Assembly: GCA_963810285.1 (NCBI GenBank)
Contig: CAWEMV010000002.1
Coordinates: 2,205,177-2,269,176 of the forward strand
Source: an uncultured Chloroflexia bacterium
Lineage (GTDB): Bacteria > Chloroflexota > Limnocylindria > Limnocylindrales > CSP1-4
DNA: 64,000 nt
Direction of reading: 5' to 3'
Below, piece by piece: positions 43,429-52,509 of this stretch. How positions within the stretch are numbered: position 1 is the stretch's first letter; every line of letters begins with the position of its first letter. Made by a program: the position numbers and the translations under genes. The notes beneath the pieces were generated by a model. It ran no database searches, was not told the DNA's origin, and was given only the letters and a program-made list of their open reading frames with translations.

Positions 43429-45438
43429 GTGAGCGACTGGACCGAGCGTGAGTTGGCGACCCTCGCCGAGCTGGCTGAGACGTTCGTGCGCGGCGACGCC
43501 CGCCGTCGCGCCCGGCTCGTCGCCGAGGCCATCGAGCGCGCCGCAGATCCGGCGCAGGTCCGCCAGTTCCATCGCCTGCTCGGACTCATGGAGTCGCGCC
43601 GGGCGAACCTGCTGCTCGCGCGTCGCCCGACGCCATTCACGTCGATGTCGCCGCACTCCCGCGAGCGCTACCTGCTGTCGTGGTCGACCTCGCCGATCGC
43701 CTCGCGCAGGACCGCGTTCAACACGCTCCGCCGGCTGATGACGTTCCTGGCCTACGCCGACCCGGGTGCCGACGCGTCCGGCAATCCCCGGCACGCGGTG
43801 ATCGGGTACGAGCCGGAACGGCCGCCCGTCACCAGCGAGCGGACGCCGATCCGACCGTACCCGCTCCCGTTCGGTGGCGTCGTGGGCGATGAGGCGATCT
43901 TGCTCGAGGCCGATGTGGTGGTCGTCGGCTCGGGTGCGGGAGGGGGCGTCGTGGCGGCCGAGCTGGCCGAGGCTGGTCGGTCGGTCGTCGTGCTCGAGGC
44001 CGGCCCGTTCGTCGACGAGGCGTCGATGCCGCGCGACGAGCTCGATGCGTTCTCGCGGCTGTACCTCAACCACGGCCTCCTCGCCACGTGGGACGCGTCA
44101 TTGATGATGCTCGCGGGTTCCGGTGTCGGCGGCGGCACGCTCGTCAACTGGATGACCTCGATCGAGGCGCCGGTTTCGGTCCGAGACGAATGGGCGGCCG
44201 ATCACGGCATCGACCAGATCGCCGACGGCGAGGCATGGAGCGACGACATCGCGACGCTCGAGGCCGAACTGTCGATCGCGCCGGCGCCCCGCCTGCCGCC
44301 GAAGGACCTCGTCATCGTCAACGGCGCGGAACGGCTGGGCTGGGAGGCTGGCCCCGTCAGCCGCAACTCGACCGGCTGTGATGACTGCGGCAGCTGCCCG
44401 TTCGGCTGCCCGCGTGGCGCGAAGCAGTCGGGCATCCGCGCCCATCTCGCGCGAGCGTTCGTGGCGGGCGCGCGCATCGTCCCCCAGGTCCGGGTCACCC
44501 GCGTGCTCATCGAGCGCGGCCGGGCGCTCGGCGTCGAGGGCAGGGCGCGGTTGCCGGGCAGCGAGTCCGAGCCGGTCATCCGTCGGCTCGTCGTCCGCGC
44601 GCCGCAGGTCGTCCTGGCCGCCGGTGCGCTCCGCTCGCCGGCGATCCTGCAGGCGTCGGCGGTCCGCCACCATGCGATCGGCGAGCACCTGCGCCTCCAT
44701 CCCGCCCCCGTCGTCGCCGGCAAGATGGCGATGCCGATCGACATGTGGCATGGCCCGATGCAGGCAGCCCGATCGCTCCAGTTCATCGACGGCGCCAAGG
44801 ACCACAACGGCTACGCCATCGAGTCCGCGCCGGGCCATCCGGGCCTCATCGCGCTCGCCATGCCGTGGGACGGGACCGAGGCGCACGCCGCGACGATGCA
44901 TGAGCTCCGCTATCTCGCGCCGCTCGTCGCGGTCACGCGCGATGGGGGCGAGGGCAGGGTTTCACTGACCAAGGCCGGGCGGGTGCGCGTCGACTACCGG
45001 CTGGACAACGCCGGGGCCCGGACGCTCCGCCATGCCGCGCTCCGGATGGCGCGGCTCGTCCGTGCCGCCGGGGCCGGCGAGGTCGTCGTCGCCGCGACGC
45101 CGGCGGTCCGCTTCCACCCGGTCCACGGGTCGGCCCAGGCCGACGATGCGGCATTCGGGCGGTTCGAGGACCGGGTCCGCGCGATGCACTTCGGCTCCAA
45201 CCGCGGCTCGGTCTTCTCGGCCCACCAGATGGGCACCGTCCGGATGGGGGCGGCGCCGCGTGACCACCCATGCGATCCCCACGGTCGCGTGCGCTCCCGG
45301 GGGCGGCGCGGGCGGATCATCGCCGGCCTCTACGTGGCCGATGCCTCGCTGTTCCCGACCGCGCTCGGGGTCAACCCGATGTTGACCGTGATGGCGCTGG
45401 CACGCCGGGTCGCGCGGGCGGTCCTGGCAGAGTCGTGA
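43429..45438 (+). CDS. GMC family FAD-dependent oxidoreductase (long-chain alcohol oxidase-like)
   Basis: The FAD fold motif is 'DVVVVGSGAGGGVVAAELAEAGRSVVVLEAG' and the C-terminal active-site block is 'SAHQMGTVRMG'. The GTG start lies 1 nt after the dehydrogenase stop. Confidence 0.88.
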   Translation: MSDWTERELATLAELAETFVRGDARRRARLVAEAIERAADPAQVRQFHRLLGLMESRRANLLLARRPTPFTSMSPHSRERYLLSWSTSPIASRRTAFNTLRRLMTFLAYADPGADASGNPRHAVIGYEPERPPVTSERTPIRPYPLPFGGVVGDEAILLEADVVVVGSGAGGGVVAAELAEAGRSVVVLEAGPFVDEASMPRDELDAFSRLYLNHGLLATWDASLMMLAGSGVGGGTLVNWMTSIEAPVSVRDEWAADHGIDQIADGEAWSDDIATLEAELSIAPAPRLPPKDLVIVNGAERLGWEAGPVSRNSTGCDDCGSCPFGCPRGAKQSGIRAHLARAFVAGARIVPQVRVTRVLIERGRALGVEGRARLPGSESEPVIRRLVVRAPQVVLAAGALRSPAILQASAVRHHAIGEHLRLHPAPVVAGKMAMPIDMWHGPMQAARSLQFIDGAKDHNGYAIESAPGHPGLIALAMPWDGTEAHAATMHELRYLAPLVAVTRDGGEGRVSLTKAGRVRVDYRLDNAGARTLRHAALRMARLVRAAGAGEVVVAATPAVRFHPVHGSAQADDAAFGRFEDRVRAMHFGSNRGSVFSAHQMGTVRMGAAPRDHPCDPHGRVRSRGRRGRIIAGLYVADASLFPTALGVNPMLTVMALARRVARAVLAES

Positions 45439-46399
45439 CCTCCGCGCGTGGCTTCGCCATCCGGCCGCGGGCGGTCACGATGAGCGCCACCGCGGCGACG
45501 ATGACCGCGCCGGCCACGACCGTGCGCGGCTCGATCGCTTCGCCTAGGACCAGCGCACCGAGGATGACTGCCACGACCGGGTTGACATAGGCGTACGTCG
45601 TGACGAGCGGGAGCGGCGCGACCCGGATCATCCAGCCGAACGTCGTGAACGCGATGACGCTGCCGACGATCGCGAGGTAGAAGAACGCGGCCAGCGACTC
45701 GGTAGAGATGGCCGCCGGCTCGAACCGGCCGGGCTCGCTCGTGGCGATCGACATGAGGGCGAGCACCCCGGCGCCCGCGAGCATCTGGCCGCCGGTCGAC
45801 ACCAGCGGGTGACGTGGCAGCGTCGCTCGATGCGCGGCGTACAGCGAACCGGTCGACCACGCGATGGGCGCCACCAGGACGGCGGCCAGCCCCGCCGCGT
45901 CGAGCGCGCCGCTTTCGCCGAGCGCGGTCGGGCCGACCAGGATCGCGACGCCCATGAACCCGACCACGATGCCCAGGCCGGCCAGCCGCGGCAGGCGTTC
46001 GCCGAGGACGATCCGGGCCAGCACAGCCACCCACACCGGCATGGTCGCGACGACGAGCGCCGTGATCCCGGACGGGATGGTCTGCTCGCCCCACGCCACC
46101 AGGCCCATGCCGCCGCCCAGCAACAGCGCGCCGACGATCGTGGTGTCGATCAGCTCCCGACGGGTGGGTCGGAGGAGCTGGTCGCGGTGGCGCCACGCCA
46201 TCCAGCCGAGCAGGAGCAGCCCCGCCAGCCCGAAGCGGAACGACGCCATGAGGAACGGCGGGATGGTCTGGACCGCTACCGCGATGGCGAGGTAGGTCGA
46301 GCCCCAGACGCCGTAGAGGATCGCGAGCCCGACCCAGATCGCGGCTCGATCCGGCGAGCCTGCGGTGGTCGTTGGCATAGTCTGCTGGTCCAAGCGCAC
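45371..46399 (-). CDS. EamA/DMT family transporter
   Basis: About 10 TM segments with the two-EamA-repeat layout: 'GVWGSTYLAIAVAVQTIPPFLMASFRF' and '...AIVGSVIAFTTFGWMIRVAPLPLVTTYAYVNPVVAV'. The start is 46399 or 46378. Confidence 0.85.
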   Translation of the reverse strand: MRLDQQTMPTTTAGSPDRAAIWVGLAILYGVWGSTYLAIAVAVQTIPPFLMASFRFGLAGLLLLGWMAWRHRDQLLRPTRRELIDTTIVGALLLGGGMGLVAWGEQTIPSGITALVVATMPVWVAVLARIVLGERLPRLAGLGIVVGFMGVAILVGPTALGESGALDAAGLAAVLVAPIAWSTGSLYAAHRATLPRHPLVSTGGQMLAGAGVLALMSIATSEPGRFEPAAISTESLAAFFYLAIVGSVIAFTTFGWMIRVAPLPLVTTYAYVNPVVAVILGALVLGEAIEPRTVVAGAVIVAAVALIVTARGRMAKPRAEVTTLPGPPARPGVPAPSRSTSG

Positions 46400-46432
46400 A
46401 GCATACGACGTCGGCCGACGCCGTGCCGGGTC

Positions 46433-47230
46433 TCAGGCGGCGGCGGTGACCGGTCGGCAGACCTTGCATGGCCGGTAGCCGGCCGCGCCCGCCTCGGCCA
46501 GCGACCGGAACGGCCGGCGATTGCGCTCGAGCATGTGGCGACCGGTGCGGCACGTCGGCCAGCACACGATGTGCGTCGAGGCGCAGCCGACGAGGCGCTC
46601 GCCCCGCCTGGCGGCGTCCTCCATGGCGTCCGGGTCGAGCCCCTCGGTCGACAGGATCGTCCGCTTGTTCGCCGGCCCGCCCAGCGAGTACTGGCCGATG
46701 GTGCCGTCGGAGCGGACGACCCGATGGCACGGGACGATGAGCGGCACGGGGTTGTGACCCAGGGCCGTACCGACGGCGCGTACCGCCCTCGGCCGGCCGA
46801 TCTCGGCGGCGATCCAGCCGTACGGCCGGACCTCGCCTCGCGGGATCTCGAGCGCCTTGCGCCAGACGTCCTGCTCGAACGGACTGTGACCCCGGAGGTC
46901 AAGCGGGATGCGCACACGGCGGTCGCCGTCCAGCCGCCGAGCGATGGCGCTCGCCAGCCGCCCGGGCAGCTCGCCTGGGATCGCCCGACGGCCGGTCCCG
47001 GCCAGGTGGCGCGCTTCGAACGCGCCGTCGTCGCCGGCGATGTCGACGGCCGTCACGCCCCGGCCGTTCCAGGCCACGACGAGCGGGCCGAGCGGCGACT
47101 CGACCCGGTCGTAGCGGTCGACGAGACCGACCTCGACCAGCACCGACTCGCGCAGCGTGCGCGGTGCGGTCGTGGCGAGATCGGCGAGCGCGACGGTCTC
47201 GGTGGCGGTGGCGTCGAGCGGCTGGGTCAT
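46433..47230 (-). CDS. methylated-DNA-protein-cysteine methyltransferase (MGMT/Ogt) fused to a C-terminal Ada-type Zn(Cys4) domain
   Basis: The MGMT core is 'PRGEVRPYGWIAAEIGRPRAVRAVGTALGHNPVPLIVPCHRVVRSDG', with an intact PCHR acceptor site. The C-terminal 'IVCWPTCRTGRHMLERNRRPFRSLAEAGAAGYRPCKVCRP' matches the Ada N-domain pattern CxxxC...CxxC. The ATG at 47230 overlaps the sigma-gene stop (ATGA). Confidence 0.8.
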   Translation of the reverse strand: MTQPLDATATETVALADLATTAPRTLRESVLVEVGLVDRYDRVESPLGPLVVAWNGRGVTAVDIAGDDGAFEARHLAGTGRRAIPGELPGRLASAIARRLDGDRRVRIPLDLRGHSPFEQDVWRKALEIPRGEVRPYGWIAAEIGRPRAVRAVGTALGHNPVPLIVPCHRVVRSDGTIGQYSLGGPANKRTILSTEGLDPDAMEDAARRGERLVGCASTHIVCWPTCRTGRHMLERNRRPFRSLAEAGAAGYRPCKVCRPVTAAA

Positions 47231-47832
47231 GCGGTCATCTCCTCGGGCTCGTGGCGGGTGTCCGCCTCGAGCATCGTGCGCAGCAGGGCGATCGCCCGGT
47301 GGACCTGGGCCTTGACGGTCCCCTCGGGCCTACCGAGAGCGACTGCGACCTCGGGGTAGGACATCCCGTCGACGTGGCGCAGGACCAGCGCGGCCCGGTA
47401 CGGCGCCGGCAGGGCCGCCAGTCGGGCGACCCACAGGTCCCGCTCGCTGTGTCGTTCGGCGACCTCCGGTGGGCTGCCCGCTGCGGGAGCCTCGAGCTCC
47501 GCGCCGGGTCGCGCGGGGTCGCCCTCGATCGACACCGGCCGCGGCCCGCGAGCGTTTCGCCGCGCGCCGACCGAACGACAGCGGTTGAGGACGATCGTCG
47601 TCAGCCAGCCGCGCAGCCGCAGCTCACGGATCCGCTCCGGGTCGTACGAGGCCATGGCGCGATACGCGCGCACCAGCGCGTCCTGGGCGGCTTCCTCGGC
47701 GTCGCGGGCGTCGCCGAGCATGCGCAGCGCGATCGTGTACAGGCGGTCCTGGTGGGCCACGACCAGCGCGTCGAATGCGCCATCGAGGTCGTCGGCGAGG
47801 GCGGTCGTCAGGCGATCGTCAGCGTCCATCAT
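47227..47832 (-). CDS. ECF (group 4) RNA polymerase sigma factor
   Basis: Region 2 is 'EEAAQDALVRAYRAMASYDPERIRELRLRGWLTTIVLNRC' and region 4 is 'MSYPEVAVALGRPEGTVKAQVHRAIALL'. AGGGAG lies before the ATGATG at 47832. Confidence 0.88.
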   Translation of the reverse strand: MMDADDRLTTALADDLDGAFDALVVAHQDRLYTIALRMLGDARDAEEAAQDALVRAYRAMASYDPERIRELRLRGWLTTIVLNRCRSVGARRNARGPRPVSIEGDPARPGAELEAPAAGSPPEVAERHSERDLWVARLAALPAPYRAALVLRHVDGMSYPEVAVALGRPEGTVKAQVHRAIALLRTMLEADTRHEPEEMTA

Positions 47833-47927
47833 CTCCCTGAACCGCTGTCCCGCCCGATCCGTTGCACACGGCCACGGTACGCCTCCGAGCGCCGCTTCGG
47901 CCGGTGGCCTCATGCGACAATCGAGCC

Positions 47928-48941
47928 ATGGGTCACGACGACCGATTCGACGACCTGATCGCGAGCCTCGGCGGCTTCCACCGCACATGGCTCGTGTACC
48001 TGGGCATCGAGCTCGGGCTGTTCGCGCGGGTCCGCGAGGCCGGGGAGCCGGGCATCACTCCGGCCGAGCTCGCCTCCGTCACCGGCACGACGCCGGAGGC
48101 CGTGGCGGCCTGGTCGTGGGCGACCGATGCCCACGACCTGACCCACTACGAAGACGGCCGACTGACGATCGACGAGGACGTCGCCCGGATCCTGCTCGAC
48201 GACCAGCACGCGGAATTCCTCGGCGGACAGTTCGTCCACGCTGTCATCGCCTCCATGGACTGGGGCGGCATGGAGGACTTCTTCCGGACCGGCCGGCCCG
48301 TCACCTCGCGACCGGACCGCTATCGCACGGCGATCGAGCGGCTGACGCGGCAGGACATCGCGGTCTTCTTCCAGGAGGTGCTGGCGGCGATGCCCCAGCT
48401 CGTGGCCGACCTGTCACGCGGTGGCCGCGTCGTGGACGTCCACTGCGGCGGCGGTCGCTGGCTCGTGGCGATGGCGCGCCGCTTCCCGCTGCTCGAGCTG
48501 GTCGGGGTCGAGTTCGAGGAGGACTCGGTCACCCGGGCCCGCTCCGCCGTCGAGGCCGAGGGGTTGAGCGGCCGGATCGAGATCCGCCATGGCAAGGCGA
48601 CCGACCCCGGACACGTCGGCGAGTACGACCTCGCCTACTTCCAGTACGCGCTGCACCAGCTCCACGACGCGCCGACGGTCCTCGCGGCGGCGTGGGCGGC
48701 GCTCCGACCCGGCGGCCGGATCATCGTCCTCGACTGGCCGCTACCGTCCGACCCGGACGAGTTCCGGACGCGGCACGGTGAGATCATCGCGGGCGTCCAG
48801 CTCGACGAGCTGTACCAGGGTACGGCGCTCGCGACGCGCGACCAGTTCCTGGCGTGGTTCGATGCGGCCGGCCTCCCGGGACCGGCCCGCATCGACCTGC
48901 CTTCCGGCGCGTCGGCGTTCGTCGCCGAGCGGCCGACCTGA
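47928..48941 (+). CDS. class I SAM-dependent methyltransferase with an N-terminal winged-helix/dimerisation-like domain (O-methyltransferase-like layout)
   Basis: Motif I is 'VVDVHCGGGRWLVAMA', followed by 'VGVEFEEDSV' and 'YDLAYFQYALHQL'. The start is the ATG at 47928. Confidence 0.75.
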   Translation: MGHDDRFDDLIASLGGFHRTWLVYLGIELGLFARVREAGEPGITPAELASVTGTTPEAVAAWSWATDAHDLTHYEDGRLTIDEDVARILLDDQHAEFLGGQFVHAVIASMDWGGMEDFFRTGRPVTSRPDRYRTAIERLTRQDIAVFFQEVLAAMPQLVADLSRGGRVVDVHCGGGRWLVAMARRFPLLELVGVEFEEDSVTRARSAVEAEGLSGRIEIRHGKATDPGHVGEYDLAYFQYALHQLHDAPTVLAAAWAALRPGGRIIVLDWPLPSDPDEFRTRHGEIIAGVQLDELYQGTALATRDQFLAWFDAAGLPGPARIDLPSGASAFVAERPT

Positions 48942-48948
48942 GGTCGGG

Positions 48949-49371
48949 CTAGCTGACCTCGACGGTCCCCTTCATGGCCGGGTGGACCTTGCAAAAGAAC
49001 GCGTACGTGCCCGCGACATTGAAGACGATCCCGCCCGACGCCCCGCCTGCGAGCTGCTCGGTCGTGCACGTCTGGTCCGATTCGACCGTCGCGGTGTGGG
49101 GCAGGGTGTCGTTGTTGGTCCACGTGACCGTGTCGCCTACGCTGGCCGTGATCGCGGCCGGATCGAAGGCCGTGTTGGCCATGGCCGCGGTGACCGTGCC
49201 GGTCTCCGTCGACGGCGCGCAGGCGGCCTCGCCGCCGGCACTCCCCGAGGCCGCAGGTACGCTGGCCGCCGGCAAGCTCGCGGCGGGTGCGCTCGCCGCG
49301 CCGCCGCCGCTGCAGGCGGCGACGAGCAGCAGCACCGCCGGCACCGCGCAAAGTGACATCCTCCTGGACAT
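48949..49371 (-). CDS. cupredoxin-like (blue copper) lipoprotein
   Basis: Lipobox LLLVAAC. The copper-ligand pattern is 'LPHTA ... FFCKVHPAMKGTVEV' (His...Cys-x2-His-x2-Met). Confidence 0.8.
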   Translation of the reverse strand: MSRRMSLCAVPAVLLLVAACSGGGAASAPAASLPAASVPAASGSAGGEAACAPSTETGTVTAAMANTAFDPAAITASVGDTVTWTNNDTLPHTATVESDQTCTTEQLAGGASGGIVFNVAGTYAFFCKVHPAMKGTVEVS

Positions 49372-49452
49372 GTGGGCAACCTCCTGGCTCCAGGCTCGTG
49401 CGTCGTCTGGGGGATCCGCCGATGGGTACGTCGGCGACGGCGGGGTGGTTTC

Positions 49453-50304
49453 GTGAGCCCCGACGCGATCGATCCCCGGATCGACGCAGCGACGGTCCGC
49501 AGGCTACTCCGCCACGAGGCGGAGGTCCATGCCATCCCGGGACGCGACCTGCGTGACATGGGCGATTCGCTGCTGCTCCACGATCCGGTCGAGCCGGAGC
49601 CGTTCTGGAACCGCGTCGAGGCGATCCGCTGGCCGGCCGACCCGACGGCGTTCGACCGCCGGCTGACCGAGGTCTCGATCGTGTTCGCGTCGCTCGGCCG
49701 GCAGCCACATGTATGGACGTCGCCGCCGCACGACGAGCCGGCCGACCTCGTGGCACGACTGGCGGCGAACGGGTTCGAGGACGTCGGCGACGGCCTGCTG
49801 CTGGTGGCGCGCGATGCCGGCCCGGCGCGCGCAGCGCTCCTTGACCGACCGCTCCGCCCGGGCCTGACGCTCGAGCGGCTCTCGGGCATCACGGGTGCCG
49901 CGGCGGACCTGGCCGGCGAGGCGATCGTCTCGGTGCTCCTGATCGCGTTCGGCGTCGGCGAGGACCGTCGGCCGGGCGTCGCCGGCGAGACCCGCACGTC
50001 GCTGGCCGACCCGCGCTTCACCCACTACCTCGTCCGGCGCGACGGGACGCCGCTGGCGGTCGCGCGTCGGGCGACCTTCGACGGCGTGTCGTACCTGTCG
50101 TCGATCGGCACCGTGGACTCCGCCCGAGGCATGGGGCTCGGCCGGTTCGTCACGGCGACGGCGATGGTCGACGCGGTCGACGCCGGCAGCGACTGGATCC
50201 ACCTCGGGGTCTTCGCGGACAACCTGCCGGCGCGCCGGCTGTACGAGGGCCTCGGGTTCCTGATGAGCGGCGACCCGGGCCCAGACATGATCTACGTCGG
50301 ATGA
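49453..50304 (+). CDS. GNAT family N-acetyltransferase
   Basis: The acetyl-CoA motif A region is 'VDSARGMGLGRFVTATAMVDAV...ARRLYEGLGF'. The GTG at 49453 is preferred to the track start at 49372. Confidence 0.7.
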   Translation: MSPDAIDPRIDAATVRRLLRHEAEVHAIPGRDLRDMGDSLLLHDPVEPEPFWNRVEAIRWPADPTAFDRRLTEVSIVFASLGRQPHVWTSPPHDEPADLVARLAANGFEDVGDGLLLVARDAGPARAALLDRPLRPGLTLERLSGITGAAADLAGEAIVSVLLIAFGVGEDRRPGVAGETRTSLADPRFTHYLVRRDGTPLAVARRATFDGVSYLSSIGTVDSARGMGLGRFVTATAMVDAVDAGSDWIHLGVFADNLPARRLYEGLGFLMSGDPGPDMIYVG

Positions 50305-50684
50305 AGCAGGTGGTCGGTCGCGGCTGGGCGACCGTCGAGCTCGACCGCGCCGCCGAGGCGCTGGCGGACCGCCTCGAGCCGGGTGGCTCGTTCGTCGACG
50401 CCCCACGCTCGGCGATCCTGGGGGCCGCGTGTCGGGTCGGGCGGGGCGGTGCCGGCGGGGCGGATACCGGCCTGATCGTGCTGCTCGAGCCCGACACGGA
50501 GGGCCGGCTGGCGGCGTTGCTGGCCCGCAACGGGGAGGGCTGGGCTGCCGTCTGGGAGACGGACGACGACGACGGCCGGGGCGGGGGCGAGGTCGGCCCG
50601 CTCGGTCGCGAACGGCTGGTCGGTGGGACACCGGCGACCGGCCCGTTCCGGTTGCTGCTGTCGGCGGCTACCATCGAGCGATGA
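50301..50684 (+). CDS. small VOC/glyoxalase-like hypothetical protein
   Basis: 'GWATVELDRAAEAL...LLEPDTEGRLAALLARNGEGWAAVW' resembles a glyoxalase-like domain. It has ATGA overlaps at both ends (50301-50304 and 50681-50684). Confidence 0.5.
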   Translation: MKQVVGRGWATVELDRAAEALADRLEPGGSFVDAPRSAILGAACRVGRGGAGGADTGLIVLLEPDTEGRLAALLARNGEGWAAVWETDDDDGRGGGEVGPLGRERLVGGTPATGPFRLLLSAATIER

Positions 50685-51118
50685 CCGACACGAGCGCGAC
50701 GATCCGTCCGGCCGAGGCGAGCGACGCCGAGGCGATCGCATCGCTGTTCACCGACGAGGGCTATCCGGCCGGGCCGAGCGACATCGTCGGGCGGATGTCC
50801 CGCTTCGCGTCACCCCACTCGCGCGTCGTGATCGCCGAGTACGAGGGCGCGCTGCTCGGGTTCATCGCCCTCCACGCGCTGCCCCGCTTCGAGCACGACG
50901 ACCGCATCCTGCGGGTCCTGGCGCTCGTGGTCGACGCCGGGGCGCGCGAGCGTGGTGTCGGTCACCAGCTGATGGTCGAGGCGGAGCGCATCGCCGTGGA
51001 GCTCGGTGCGGCCTTCGTCGAGGTCACCTCGGGCCATCATCGGCCGGAGGCGCGGCGCCTGTACGAATCGATGGGCTACGACGCGTCGGTCGCGGCCTAC
51101 CTGCGGAAGAAGCTCTGA
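50681..51118 (+). CDS. GNAT family N-acetyltransferase
   Basis: 'IRPAEASDAEAIASLF' and motif A 'VVDAGARERGVGHQLMVEAERIA...ARRLYESMGY' are present. Confidence 0.85.
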   Translation: MTDTSATIRPAEASDAEAIASLFTDEGYPAGPSDIVGRMSRFASPHSRVVIAEYEGALLGFIALHALPRFEHDDRILRVLALVVDAGARERGVGHQLMVEAERIAVELGAAFVEVTSGHHRPEARRLYESMGYDASVAAYLRKKL

Positions 51119-51144
51119 CGGGCGCGCCACCGACCGAATCGAGG

Positions 51145-52455
51145 GTGCCCGCCGTCTTCCCGCGCCTGCGGCTTCGAGGCGGTGCCGCCGAGCTGCTCGA
51201 CCTGCCGTGGGAGCTGCCGCTGGCCGACTGGCCGGTCGAGACCGACGGCACGATCGGGGGGATGCGCTTCCGGGAGCTGCCGATCGGTCCGTCGCGGCAC
51301 CTGGTGCGATTCCTCGTCGCGCCCGAGCGGACGTACGCGCTCAAGGAGGAGCCGCTCGACGTCGCTCGCTCGGAGTTCGCGATCCTGCGCCACCTGCGTG
51401 TGCTGGACCTGCCGGCGGTGCGACCGCTCGGGCTGACCGAGGCGATCGAACGGGACACGGCCATCCTCGTGACGGAATACCTGGCCTACTCGATCCAGTA
51501 TCGGCGCCTGCTGATGCGCTTCCCGCTCGGTCCCGGCCCGTATCGGGACCGCCTACTCGACGCGATGGCATGGCTGCTCGTCGACCTGCATCGGGCCGGC
51601 GTGTTCTGGGGCGACTGCTCCCTGGCCAACACGCTGTTCCGGCGCGATGGCGACAAGATCCAGGCGTTCCTCGTCGATGCGGAGACCAGCGAGGTCCATC
51701 CCTCGCTGTCCGACGGCCAGCGCTCCTACGACCTCGACATCCTCGTCGAGAACGTGGCGTTCGGGCTGGCCGACCTCGGCGCGATGCAGGGCCGCGAGGG
51801 CGCGGCCGAGGACGCCGTCGAAGCGGCGGAGACCGTCCGTGCACGGTACGCCGCGATGTGGGACGAGCTGCACCTCGAGCCGGAGCTGTCGTCGGACGAC
51901 CGCCATGCCGTCCGCGCCCGTATCCGGCGGCTCAACGACCTCGGCTTCGCGGTCGACGAGATCACCCTCGAGCCGAGCCGCGGCCGGCGCGACGTCGTAC
52001 GTCTCAAGGTGGCCGTCGCGAACCGCCGGTTCCACGCCCGGGAGCTCGAACGGCTGACCGGGATCAAGGCGCTCGAGGGACAGGCCCGCCTCCTCCTCAA
52101 CGACCTGCACGAGTACGAGGCGTGGCTCGAGCACCAGGAGCGACGCTCGGTCGACGAGGGCGAGGTGGCCGACCGCTGGGTCGACGACGTCCTCGAGCCG
52201 AGCCTCCGTCAGCTGATGCCGGCGATCGGCCGTGGCCGGGACCCGCTGCAGGCCTACTGCGATGTGCTCGAGGAGAAGTGGATCCTGTCGGAGACGGCGG
52301 GCAAGGACGTCGGACTGGCCGCGGCGATGGCCGCCTACCTGCGGCTCGGCGCGCCGGCGCCGGAGGGCGACGGCCTGACCGGCGACGAGTCGCTGGCGCT
52401 CGACATCGACTGGACCGGCGCGTGGGAGGCAGTGCCCGACGACGAGCCGGGATGA
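51145..52455 (+). CDS. DUF4032-type protein with a Kdo/WaaP/RIO-like kinase core
   Basis: 'AILVTEYLAYS', 'LLVDLHRAGVFWGDCSLANTLF' and 'AFLVDAETSE' give a kinase-like catalytic-loop and DFG-like layout. A helical C-terminal half follows. The GTG start is at 51145. Confidence 0.65.
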   Translation: MPAVFPRLRLRGGAAELLDLPWELPLADWPVETDGTIGGMRFRELPIGPSRHLVRFLVAPERTYALKEEPLDVARSEFAILRHLRVLDLPAVRPLGLTEAIERDTAILVTEYLAYSIQYRRLLMRFPLGPGPYRDRLLDAMAWLLVDLHRAGVFWGDCSLANTLFRRDGDKIQAFLVDAETSEVHPSLSDGQRSYDLDILVENVAFGLADLGAMQGREGAAEDAVEAAETVRARYAAMWDELHLEPELSSDDRHAVRARIRRLNDLGFAVDEITLEPSRGRRDVVRLKVAVANRRFHARELERLTGIKALEGQARLLLNDLHEYEAWLEHQERRSVDEGEVADRWVDDVLEPSLRQLMPAIGRGRDPLQAYCDVLEEKWILSETAGKDVGLAAAMAAYLRLGAPAPEGDGLTGDESLALDIDWTGAWEAVPDDEPG

Positions 52456-52509
52456 GCGGCAGTCCGACGAAACGACCCGAGCGACGCACCGCGCCCGTGT
52501 GGCACCATC

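Noticed and set aside
45371-45438. A 68-nt convergent overlap of the GMC oxidoreductase and EamA transporter 3' ends.
   Set aside because: This is probably unremarkable. The last ~20 residues of the EamA ORF are low-complexity, and such overlaps are common in stop-poor GC-rich DNA. No regulatory inference is justified.
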